A DNA stretch of 63,043 nucleotides, counting the filler, from Octopus bimaculoides (taxonomy: Eukaryota), in NCBI RefSeq assembly GCF_001194135.2. It is 6 parts of 4 records of this genome, joined end to end, with 100 filler letters (N's around TTAATTAATTAA, not from the genome) between each part and the next. Parts side by side here need not be neighbours in the genome. Positions count along the whole stretch, not along the records: positions 42,493 to 52,117 come from NC_069002.1; positions 52,218 to 57,242 come from NC_068996.1; positions 57,343 to 63,043 come from NW_026338637.1; 3 more parts are not named here. The stretch is one strand, 5' to 3'. The position numbers and the translations under genes were made by a program. The stretch's first letter is position 1, and each line of letters begins with the position of its first letter. This document shows positions 50,274 through 60,943 of this stretch, piece by piece. Under the pieces are notes generated by a model. It made no database searches. It was not told the DNA's origin and worked only from the letters and a program-made list of their open reading frames with translations.

Positions 50274-50773
50274 TATAAAGAAGGTTCGTGTTATTTTATA
50301 CCAAGAAAGTATACAGGAAAGTCACGGCTGGAGTGCTGATGAAACGATGAAAAATCAATACAGAAATATAAGAAAACGAAAGAGTTGTTTTGCAACATCA
50401 GATGTATGTTTTCGCAATGTTCATATTCTTCTCTCCCTATTTTGTACGGCTTCTCTCACGATAGATCTAATAATATTCCTCCATTCGGAGTTTTGCCGCG
50501 AGGCAAGGAAGGCTTGTATATTCTTCATTAGTAGTTGACTGTTGACAACTCTCGTTCAAAATACACTCTTTCATATTCTGAGTTTATTGAAAAAAAGAAG
50601 AAAGAAGAAAGAATTGATAAAATCGCTTGTATTTACATATATGATTTAAGTATAGTGCAAAGAAATTGAAAAACAGATGTTATTGTCAGAAATATACAAT
50701 AAAGCACAACGAACAATTTATTATTCAGTGACGTGATGGGATTCATAATAAATCCGTTGTAAAATTCCTCGAC

Positions 50774-50854
<81 letters not shown>

Positions 50855-50904
50855 ATTCTATATTTAAGAGATGAGGAATTATGTAAATTATTTATATATG
50901 CCCA

Positions 50905-50976
50905 CGGGCTTATGGCTTAGTGGTTAAGAGCGCGGGCTACTAACCCCAAGATTCCGAGTTCGATTCCAGGCAGTGA

Positions 50977-51017
<41 letters not shown>

Positions 51018-51175
51018 GCAACAACAACAACATCGAAAAATACCTTAGGAATGAGAACCCAGGTTCGAAATTTCTCCAAGACACCTGATGAAGCCTGGAG
51101 AGTATATCAGCCGAAACGTTGTGTTAACAACAAACAAAATGAGGACAAATATACATCAATTGTAAATAATGTAAA

Positions 51176-51177
<2 letters not shown>
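50905..51177 (+). mobile_element. Composite SINE-like element: tRNA-derived head, (AAT)n/(AAC)n linker, hammerhead-containing tail
   Basis: A box TGGCTTAGTGGTTAAG (50913-28), B box GAGTTCGATTCC (50956-67) and an anticodon-arm-like segment. Tail 51031-51177. Embedded between (ATT)n runs. Confidence 0.7.
51080..51125 (+). ncRNA. Near-intact minimal type I hammerhead ribozyme
   Basis: GACAC-CTGATGA-A-GCCTG(GAGAGTATAT)CAGCC-GAAA-CG-TT-GTGTT. It has a 5-bp stem I, a stem II with one C-C mismatch, an extra A after A9, a palindromic AACGTT stem III and a GUU triplet (cut after 51120). Confidence 0.7.
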
Positions 51178-51233
<56 letters not shown>

Positions 51234-51468
51234 GTCTTTACACAGGTTCTAACGCTGGAGATGTACTACAGTGCCAGCTGTTCACTATCAGTGAACTAAG
51301 GTAACACCCCTTATTTTTGGAGCACCATCCGGAGTGGGAGAGCGGTTCCACGCAGTGCTGTTTTCTGCAAATGCTTCACCCTTATTGCAACCCCTATTTC
51401 TTCCATTTTCAGTTTCATTGATTCTCAAGTCCTTGTACAGTGCTTTATCTTTGCAATCGTCCATTCTA
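51234..51468 (-). mobile_element. Short 3' end of an R4/Dong-like element, fourth family, inside (TAA)n
   Basis: Minus translation EIGVAIRVKHLQKTALRGTALPLRMVLQK* matches the terminal LQKTALLGTA.ILR.VL motif. (ATT)n on both flanks. Confidence 0.7.
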
Positions 51469-51485
51469 CATTATTATTATTATTA

Positions 51486-51519
<34 letters not shown>

Positions 51520-52217
51520 AGCAATTTTACAATTGTTCCATATGTAGAACAGAAGATTTATGACGATGAGTTGTCTGTAACGTATAGAGACATACCTAAA
51601 CACATTCTTCAGTTATTATTCAAAATATAATTCTCCATAGAATTTGTTTAGTAAAATATAAAACACGCTCAGATAAAACAGATGTTGTCTGGCACTCATG
51701 ACGTCACCGGGGAACATCTGAGAGATCGTTGGTTCGTATGTATGCGAACTAAACTCTTAATTTTTGAATGTCTGTCTACGAGAGATGACGTTGCTAAGTT
51801 CCCTTGGTTGTGTTTATATCTCTCAGCAATAAAAACCGGTGGCTCATGAAGAGGGTTCAATTCCTTATTTTTGAATATCTTATGTCATAGCCAGGTGATA
51901 TTTATTTCTCATCTGCAGAAACTAGAGACAAGAACTTGCTTACAAGAGATTCGCAGAAGAAACGATGGAGATATTTTTGTCTTTCCTGTGGATGGAAGCA
52001 AGTCACTGGCGATGTAGTAAGGATTTGCCCTCTTAGCTGCATGTATTTTATATACTTATTAATTTTCTTTGTCTTATGTGTTTTTACCTGGTATATATAT
52101 ATATATATATATATATANNNNNNNNNNNNNNNNNNNNNNNNNNNNNNNNNNNNNNNNNNNNTTAATTAATTAANNNNNNNNNNNNNNNNNNNNNNNNNNN
52201 NNNNNNNNNNNNNNNNN

Positions 52218-52610
52218 TGGATCCCCGTAAATTAGCAGTTTGGCAAAAGAGAGCGATAGAATAAGTACTAGGCTTACAAAGAATAAGTCCTGGGGTCGAT
52301 TTGTTCGACTAAAGGCGGTGCTCCAGCATGGCCACAGTCAAATAACTGAAACAAGTAAAAGAGTAAAAGAGTAAAAGAGTATTGTGCCATCTTATTTTAT
52401 TTTAAGGTGTCAAGTTGGCAGAATTGTTACCACACTAGGCAAACTGCTTAGCATAATTTTGTCCATCTTTATTTTCTGAGTTAAAATTCCTCTGAAGTCA
52501 ACTTATCCTTTTGAGGTCTATAGAATAAGTACCAGTCACATATTGGAGTGAATATAATCGACTAACCCACTTCCCTGAAATTACTGGACTTGTGTCAAAA
52601 TTTGAGACTG
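52218..52610 (+). mobile_element. Family B SINE tail (52218-52380) followed by a diverged family A SINE (52404-52610)
   Basis: AGAATAAGTACTAGGCTTACAAAGAATAAGTCC..GGCGGTGCTCCAGCATGGCC..(GTAAAAGA)3, then TTGGCAGAATTGTT head. Confidence 0.8.
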
Positions 52611-52863
52611 TTACTTTATTTTATTCTTTATCTATTTTACAAAATATAATTTTATTTAATTTAAATTCATCCAATGGTCAAAACCCAAAAAATTTTTGCT
52701 GAATAGGTAATGATTTTTCTTCATAATTCTAGTAAATTCATTGAGTCTTTCTCTGTTTATTGGCTTGCACTTAATGACATCACAGTTTACATTGCAATTT
52801 TATCTTGACAGGAAACATACAACCACAAGTCCAGGAACTTTTTGATACCACCTCACATATATA

Positions 52864-53620
52864 TCTACTACATATGTGGAAATCTGTGGGTGTGTTTGTT
52901 TGTGGCATTGTTATCAAACTCTTCCTACATCGTTTTATCGATTTTGATGAAACTTGACATGTGAGTAGAACTCATACCTAGAAAACTAGAGACGTACTTA
53001 GATTGTTGAAAAATATCGATAATAGGGCTTCTGGAAGGGATTCTTATATCTGCTACATATAACTAATATACTATTTTTAAACATCCAAGGGAAATAACCC
53101 ATTCGCTCCTGAAAAGGATCCTTATATATAGCCAAAGAAAATAACCCATTTATGTTCATAAATTAATTCATATAAATCAAATTAAGTGTGCTTGTTTCTT
53201 AGTATTTGAACTGAGTTATTTTTGCAATTTATCCAGTCCATCACTTAAACAAGTAAATAGTATTTTCCTAAACAATAGATCCACTTATTTCAGTTAGTGA
53301 CTTATTCACGAATATACCAACACTAGCGCTGCTGAGGGTAATATTCTCTGTGAACGCACAAAAGCTTTTTTCAGAGTTATTTACTTTGAATTGTTATTAT
53401 CTCATATTTGATTAGCCAGTTATTACATAACATGCCTCAATATTTTTAGTATACATACCTTATTAGTATTTCCCCCTAAGTTCTATATACTCTAGGAACA
53501 TATTAAAGCCCTTTTCGGGCCTACTTTATTTGAATTCTTACTGGATTAGCGAAACTATTATGAGAATGGAACCAAGGGATAAGTCCCACTTTCCTGGGAA
53601 TTACCAGGTATGTCAGCTAG
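52864..53620 (+). mobile_element. Non-autonomous Helitron (757 bp)
   Basis: 5' A|TC start, GT-rich stretch and CGATTTTGATGAAACTTG near the 5' end. 3' hairpin CCTGG-GAATTA-CCAGG (53593-608), 8 nt, then CTAG|T. No TSD. Confidence 0.6.
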
Positions 53621-54456
53621 TATGTNNNNNNNNNNNNNNNNNNNNNNNNNNNNNNNNNNNNNNNNNNNNNNNNNNNNNNNNNNNNNNNNNNNNNNNNNNN
53701 NNNNNNNNNNNNNNNNNNNNNNNNNNNNNNNNNNNNNNNNNNNNNNNNNNNNNNNNNNNNNNNNNNNNNNNNNNNNNNNNNNNNNNNNNNNNNNNNNNNN
53801 NNNNNNNNNNNNNNNNNNNNNNNNNNNNNNNNNNNNNNNNNNNNNNNNNNNNNNNNNNNNNNNNNNNNNNNNNNNNNNNNNNNNNNNNNNNNNNNNNNNN
53901 NNNNNNNNNNNNNNNNNNNNNNNNNNNNNNNNNNNNNNNNNNNNNNNNNNNNNNNNNNNNNNNNNNNNNNNNNNNNNNNNNNNNNNNNNNNNNNNNNNNN
54001 NNNNNNNNNNNNNNNNNNNNNNNNNNNNNNNNNNNNNNNNNNNNNNNNNNNNNNNNNNNNNNNNNNNNNNNNNNNNNNNNNNNNNNNNNNNNNNNNNNNN
54101 NNNNNNNNNNNNNNNNNNNNNNNNNNNNNNNNNNNNNNNNNNNNNNNNNNNNNNNNNNNNNNNNNNNNNNNNNNNNNNNNNNNNNNNNNNNNNNNNNNNN
54201 NNNNNNNNNNNNNNNNNNNNNNNNNNNNNNNNNNNNNNNNNNNNNNNNNNNNNNNNNNNNNNNNNNNNNNNNNNNNNNNNNNNNNNNNNNNNNNNNNNNN
54301 NNNNNNNNNNNNNNNNNNNNNNNNNNNNNNNNNNNNNNNNNNNNNNNNNNNNNNNNNNNNNNNNNNNNNNNNNNNNNNNNNNNNNNNNNNNNNNNNNNNN
54401 NNNNNNNNNNNNNNNNTATATATATAAAAGGGGTTTGTATGGTAGTGTATAGGGGA

Positions 54457-54623
54457 ATATATTATTCAAAGGAATTCCAAATCTGTCTGTCTTTTATGTT
54501 TTATTTATACTTCATTTCAATTTACTGAATATATCATATATTCTATATCCTACATTAATATTATAAGAATATAAATAAAACATAAAAAAACAGACAGATT
54601 TGGAATTCCTTTGAATAATATAT
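54457..54623. mobile_element. Foldback/MITE with about 55-bp arms in TA-rich flanks
   Basis: TATTATTCAAAGGAATTCCAAATCTGTCTGT..TTATGTTTTATTTATA is mirrored at 54567-54623. Confidence 0.7.
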
Positions 54624-54625
54624 AT

Positions 54626-54672
<47 letters not shown>

Positions 54673-55129
54673 TGTATGCAGTCATCATATTTCATTCCAT
54701 ATCAGCTATCTCTGATGAGCATAGGGTTATATAATCGGATTGTTACCTAACACTCTGTTGTACCCATAGTAAGATCATATTGGTAAGATCAGCTGTGATG
54801 GATATATAATACCGTACACTTCAGATAATATATATATATATGAGCATAAAGAATGAAGATGCATTATCAACATTTATTTAGCTTACACATGTTTTAAACA
54901 GCTTGGTATGACACAAGCATTGCACATTGCAACATGTATATTAATCATATTTAATTGATCCTTCGTTTGATCGACTAAAGCACCATAGAAAAAGAGGAAT
55001 TAGGCACCTTTATACGTTTTACAAAGCTAGAAAGTGTCTGCTGAATTTAGTATACACTGTAATAAAGTTGGAGGGTTTATATTAGTAAACTCAAGTTGAT
55101 CAATATCTGTATCATATCAGATCTTCTTT

Positions 55130-55680
55130 GTTTAATGAAAAAGAACATCCCTGGAAGACGATCAACAATCTGGAAGACCTGCCATGAGTGTCACCCCTGC
55201 AAATGTGGTATTGTGCATTGAGAATTCCTCCAAAGCAAGACCACCAATCAATAGCTCCACTGCAATGTTTTGAAATATTTAAGGGAGGACATTTGGTGAA
55301 AGTCAACAGATCTATGGAGCATGAAGAATTAGATTCTTCATCAAGTTCTCCTCACTTGTGAATGTCTCACCAAAATTAACATGGCATCATTTCTGCTCCC
55401 ACCCTGTTCACTGGATTTAGCTCCTGTGGACTTCCATCTCTCCCCCAATATGAAAATGTGACTCAAAGGTAGCCATTTTAATACTGTTGTTGAGATCCAG
55501 AATGAATCACAGAAGGTCTTTGACTTGCTTACAGAAAATGACTTCCAGGCTGGATTCCAAAAGTGGCAGGAATGCTGGGACCAGTGTTTTGCTGCATAAG
55601 GTAACTATTTCAAAGGAGATAACTTGGGTAAATAAGTTATTTTCTATTAAACATATTAAACATTTTGATACTACCTCATA
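55130..55680 (+). mobile_element. Decayed, internally deleted mariner (HTH remnant, catalytic C-terminus, right TIR remnant)
   Basis: RTSLEDDQQSGRPAMSVTP, then a degenerate SPDLAP.DF region, ENDFQAGFQKWQECWDQC..GNYF, and the end TTTTGATACTACCTCA-TA. Confidence 0.7.
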
Positions 55681-55895
55681 TATATATATATATAATGGAA
55701 AGGTTGGCGTTAGGAAGGGCATCCAATCATAAAAACCATGTCAAATCAGACATGGTGTAGTTCTCTAATTTACCAGTTTCAGTCAAACCGTCTCACCCAT
55801 GCCAGCATGGAAAACAGACGTTAAATGTTGATGATGATGATGATGAAGATGATAATAATGATGATGATGATGATGATGATGATGATGTTTGCTTT

Positions 55896-55941
<46 letters not shown>

Positions 55942-56258
55942 TATATATACACACATACATATACATACATACATATATACATACATACATACATACATAC
56001 ATAAACACATACATACATAAACACATACATGTATATATGAATTAAAATAATGACTCTTACAAGTCTAACTTTGTTTTCCTCGCTTAGAATTCATCTGAGA
56101 ATACAAATAAGTACATCCACTCTAATTGACAGTTTCCTTTTTTTACTTCAAATTGTGGCTCTGCCAACACACACACACACACATTTATACATATATAGTT
56201 ATATACATATACATATCTATATCTATCTATATCTATATCCACATAAATACATATACCT

Positions 56259-56295
<37 letters not shown>

Positions 56296-56850
56296 GAAGG
56301 GAAGAGGGAGCGACTAAGTGTGAGAGGGAGGGAGAGAGAATCTGTAGAAAGTCTTATTATGTACGCATATAATAAATGCATCTGTTTATGTATAATATGC
56401 ACATGGGACTCAGGCACAGCTGGAGAACTTAAGAAGTTTGTTTTGCAATCAAAATATTCTGGTCCAACCCCAAACTTGTGTAGAATCTTTGGTTAGTGTC
56501 TTTTACCGGTGCTTTGCATTGCCAAAATCTTAGGTTTGAGATTGAGCAGATAGAAAATATGTGGAAACTCGCAGGATGCATTGTAAATGAAGTATAAAGT
56601 GCCAACCATATCATTCCACAGTGTCATGCAGATTCTGTCTGAGAATTACATTAACGATGCAAATGTCTGTGGAATACTTAGCCATTAATGATTAGGTGCC
56701 TGAAATGCACCTGATAAATTCAATGAGTAGGTAGTGCTGGTTGTTGGTTAACAGAAATACTCGTGAAAACCAATGAAGTTTAATTTCATATTTACTTTAT
56801 GTATGGATATATTTGTTTGTTTGTTTGTTTGTGTGTGTGTGTGTGTGTGT

Positions 56851-57019
56851 GTGCCTTATAATTTAACGCACTCATCAGGAAAATTTCTACTTATTTCTTT
56901 TTTATTTTTCTAAAATTTTTGTTGCGTCTTGCAACCTTTTCAATAGTTTTGAGAGTTGAAACTTTTAAAAAAGAAATAAGTGGAAATTTTACTGGTGAGT
57001 ATGTAAAATTATAAGGCAC
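56851..57019. repeat. 52-bp inverted repeat, possibly a PLE-type terminus
   Basis: 56851-56902 versus the reverse complement of 56968-57019 is 46/52 identical. Downstream 57064-57095 resembles 18829-18860. Confidence 0.65.
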
Positions 57020-57389
57020 CAAAAGAGAATGACTCTCACCAAATACATAGCAGAATATGCTTCAACACACGAACTCACATAAAGAATCTTGCAAACCAAA
57101 TCCCAAAACGAAATATGAATATGTAGATATCTTCATATTTATGCTTGGAATATTCATTGTCTGGAAATTTTCAGTCTTTGCTTTCTGTCTATTTACATGT
57201 TTACATGTAGATATATTTTGTATCTCAAACTCAAGCAGTATCNNNNNNNNNNNNNNNNNNNNNNNNNNNNNNNNNNNNNNNNNNNNTTAATTAATTAANN
57301 NNNNNNNNNNNNNNNNNNNNNNNNNNNNNNNNNNNNNNNNNNAAAAAAAAATGAAACAACAGTTGTGACAGTTATGCTTTTCTAAAATC

Positions 57390-57540
57390 ACATCAGTGAC
57401 GTCAATGAATTAGAACTTGTCCAACGAGGGGTATGGTAGTAGGGATGAAGAAGCTGATGTCTCGGTTCCCTGTTGAATGCACCTGTGCTGCAGGGCGCCG
57501 TCTTGCATATGCAACTAATGAAATAGTCACGTGCTATGTC
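57390..57540. promoter_or_regulatory. Motif-dense non-repeat segment (CRE, E-boxes, palindromic POU-like site)
   Basis: TGACGTCA 57397, CACCTG 57480, TTGCATATGCAA 57503 and CACGTG 57528. Motif evidence only. Confidence 0.3.
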
Positions 57541-58082
57541 ATGCCGTCATGTTTCGTCACATCATGTGAAGAATTTGGCACTCTAGCATTTTATATATTT
57601 CATTCATTTGTTTGTTTTTAAAAATTTAATTTTGCATTCAGCTAATTTTTGTTTTCGCCTTCAAATATTTTGTGAAGTGTCAGAGAGAAGTCAACACCTA
57701 ACACATAAAGTGTCATTTGCTTAAAATAAACACAAACACACACACATGCGCGCACAGACACACATTTAAATATATATATGTTTGTGTGTGTGTGAGCGTA
57801 TATGGATGTATGTATTTATGTGTGTGTGTATCAGATTTAAAATTTAAACATTAATAATCTATGTTACGTGTAAAATCCATTATCTTTATGCTTGGCTGGG
57901 CATATAAATACGCACAAGTGTGTGTGTGTGTATTCTTTCACTCGTTTCAACCATGTAGCTGTGGTCATGCTGGAGCTCTACCGTATAAATAAATCATATA
58001 TATATATTATATGTATGATGCTTGTGTGAGTGTGTTTGTGTGTAAACATGCATGAATGTATGTATGTGTATACTATTTATAT

Positions 58083-58265
58083 TCTTTTACTTGTTTCAGT
58101 CATTTGACTGCGGCCATGCTGGAGCACCGCCTTTAGTCGAACAAATCTTTGTAAGCCTAGTACTTATTCTATCGGTGTCTTTTGCCGAACCGCTAAGTTA
58201 CACGGACGTAAATACACCAACGTCGATTGTCAAGCGATGTGGGAGAAGAAACACAGACATACAAA
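58083..58265 (-). mobile_element. Family B SINE tail
   Basis: TTTTACTTGTTTCAGTCATTTGACTGCGGCCATGCTGGAGCACCGCC. Confidence 0.8.
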
Positions 58266-58276
58266 TACATACATAC

Positions 58277-58307
<31 letters not shown>

Positions 58308-58978
58308 NNNNNNNNNNNNNNNNNNNNNNNNNNNNNNNNNNNNNNNNNNNNNNNNNNNNNNNNNNNNNNNNNNNNNNNNNNNNNNNNNNNNNNNNNNNNN
58401 NNNNNNNNNNNNNNNNNNNNNNNNNNNNNNNNNNNNNNNNNNNNNNNNNNNNNNNNNNNNNNNNNNNNNNNNNNNNNNNNNNNNNNNNNNNNNNNNNNNN
58501 NNNNNNNNNNNNNNNNNNNNNNNNNNNNNNNNNNNNNNNNNNNNNNNNNNNNNNNNNNNNNNNNNNNNNNNNNNNNNNNNNNNNNNNNNNNNNNNNNNNN
58601 NNNNNNNNNNNNNNNNNNNNNNNNNNNNNNNNNNNNNNNNNNNNNNNNNNNNNNNNNNNNNNNNNNNNNNNNNNNNNNNNNNNNNNNNNNNNNNNNNNNN
58701 NNNNNNNNNNNNNNNNNNNNNNNNNNNNNNNNNNNNNNNNNNNNNNNNNNNNNNNNNNNNNNNNNNNNNNNNNNNNNNNNNNNNNNNNNNNNNNNNNNNN
58801 NNNNNNNNNNNNNNNNNNNNNNNNNNNNNNNNNNNNNNNNNNNNNNNNNNNNNNNNNNNNNNNNNNNNNNNNNNNNNNNNNNNNNNNNNNNNNNNNNNNN
58901 NNNNNNNNNNNNNNNNNNNNNNNNNNNNNNNNNNNNNNNNNNTATTTGATATCAGTTTAATTCGTTTGCATGCAACTT

Positions 58979-59060
58979 AAAATTTCTTGAGCTTATCGCA
59001 CGAACCTAGTCCCAGGCTTTGGCGAGAAACTAGGTTCGTGTGAAGAGCCGATGAAACTTT
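58979..59060 (+). ncRNA. Candidate pri-miRNA-like hairpin
   Basis: 20-bp upper stem 58991-59010 / 59029-59048 with one mismatch and two G-U pairs, an 18-nt loop, and an imperfect basal stem of about 11 bp. No match to a conserved miRNA that I recall. Confidence 0.4.
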
Positions 59061-59735
59061 CAGTTATATGGAGCTGTATCAAACTGTTATAAAATACTAG
59101 TACATGTACTGAAAATAAATTTGCTGAGTGCCTCTTTCATTCATTTGCTCATACAAGCAATGAGCTTCTGCACACTTTCCATGTACCAAACTCCATTAAC
59201 AAATTATTGCTTCAACCTGAGTCTGTTGCAGAAAGCGTCGTATTGAGCGTTGATCGTAGAAGCACGTGATTGCGAAGCTAATTTAACTACATTTCCACGA
59301 GTGCTTTAGCATATCTAAGCTCACATTCTGACTCGACTTTACCTTAAATCCATAATTTTTAGCTTAGCTGGTTTAATCTACTGTGTTATTTGTCGAAAGA
59401 CTTTGATATACTGCCAGTGTTAAATGTAATTTATTTTAGAGGGCTTTAAATATCATTTGCAATATGGCCGTTAGCACCATATCTAAGAGTTATTGGTTCT
59501 ATTAGCTTTCATGTAGAAAACGATCTCAGGAATTATGAAGAAAGGCTGCGGTCATTACTAAGATCTATAAGTGACGCAATTTGTAAAACTTTCTGAGACA
59601 AGATATTGAAACCAAGAGGTAAAACCGATCCCACAGTTAATTTACTTCTATACAAGCGCTTGCTCGTGGCTGTTATATAATATGGTAGAATACAAATATT
59701 TTCTTTCAAATAAAATATTGACAACTATATTTAAT

Positions 59736-59930
59736 TTTTTACTTGTTCCAGTCATTGGACAGCGGCCATGCTGGTGCTACGACTTAAAGAGTTTTGTCGA
59801 ACAAATCGACACTAGTACTTATTTTTTAATCTGATAATTATTCTGTTTCTTTTGCTAAGGTGCTGCGCAGTGGAGCTGAACCCGAAACCACGTGGTTGCA
59901 AAGTGAGCTTCTTAACCATACAATCATGCC
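59736..59930 (-). mobile_element. Internally deleted family B SINE
   Basis: Tail GCGGCCATGCTGGTG joined to head CTGAACCCGAAACCACGTGGTTG. Confidence 0.7.
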
Positions 59931-60237
59931 TACACCAACATAAAAAGATGTAAACCAACGGAATTGAGTATACGGGTGCCACTTTGGTTCTACACCATGC
60001 GTATGTCGTGTTTGCATCACATGGAATATATAATCATGTTCATGATAACCTGAAAACTTACCGAGTGTATGTGACAGGTTTAGTTGTAGTTATATGAGAA
60101 ATTAGGAGTAACGTCCAGTTTCTACTGGCAAGTTTGGTGATAGTGCGAACACGCACAGGCATTACTTTAATAGATAGATAGGAAGATCAACAGACCGGTA
60201 GATGCGTAAAAACACACACACACACACACTCACACAC

Positions 60238-60281
<44 letters not shown>

Positions 60282-60912
60282 ACACANNNNNNNNNNNNNN
60301 NNNNNNNNNNNNNNNNNNNNNNNNNNNNNNNNNNNNNNNNNNNNNNNNNNNNNNNNNNNNNNNNNNNNNNNNNNNNNNNNNNNNNNNNNNNNNNNNNNNN
60401 NNNNNNNNNNNNNNNNNNNNNNNNNNNNNNNNNNNNNNNNNNNNNNNNNNNNNNNNNNNNNNNNNNNNNNNNNNNNNNNNNNNNNNNNNNNNNNNNNNNN
60501 NNNNNNNNNNNNNNNNNNNNNNNNNNNNNNNNNNNNNNNNNNNNNNNNNNNNNNNNNNNNNNNNNNNNNNNNNNNNNNNNNNNNNNNNNNNNNNNNNNNN
60601 NNNNNNNNNNNNNNNNNNNNNNNNNNNNNNNNNNNNNNNNNNNNNNNNNNNNNNNNNNNNNNNNNNNNNNNNNNNNNNNNNNNNNNNNNNNNNNNNNNNN
60701 NNNNNNNNNNNNNNNNNNNNNNNNNNNNNNNNNNNNNNNNNNNNNNNNNNNNNNNNNNNNNNNNNNNNNNNNNNNNNNGTCCTGTACCATGATATGCATG
60801 TATATACACATGTAGATGTAAGTATGTACATATATGTGTGTATACATGTATATATATTCTTTGTATTATTACATTATTGAACGCACACGTCCTTTTTTGC
60901 AAGTAAGTCTAC

Positions 60913-60943
<31 letters not shown>

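Noticed and set aside
50905-50980. Possible functional tRNA gene
   Set aside because: Acceptor and anticodon stems do not pair, so it is treated as a SINE head.
54714-54760. CTGATGAG following TATCT
   Set aside because: No stem II partner or GAAA downstream.
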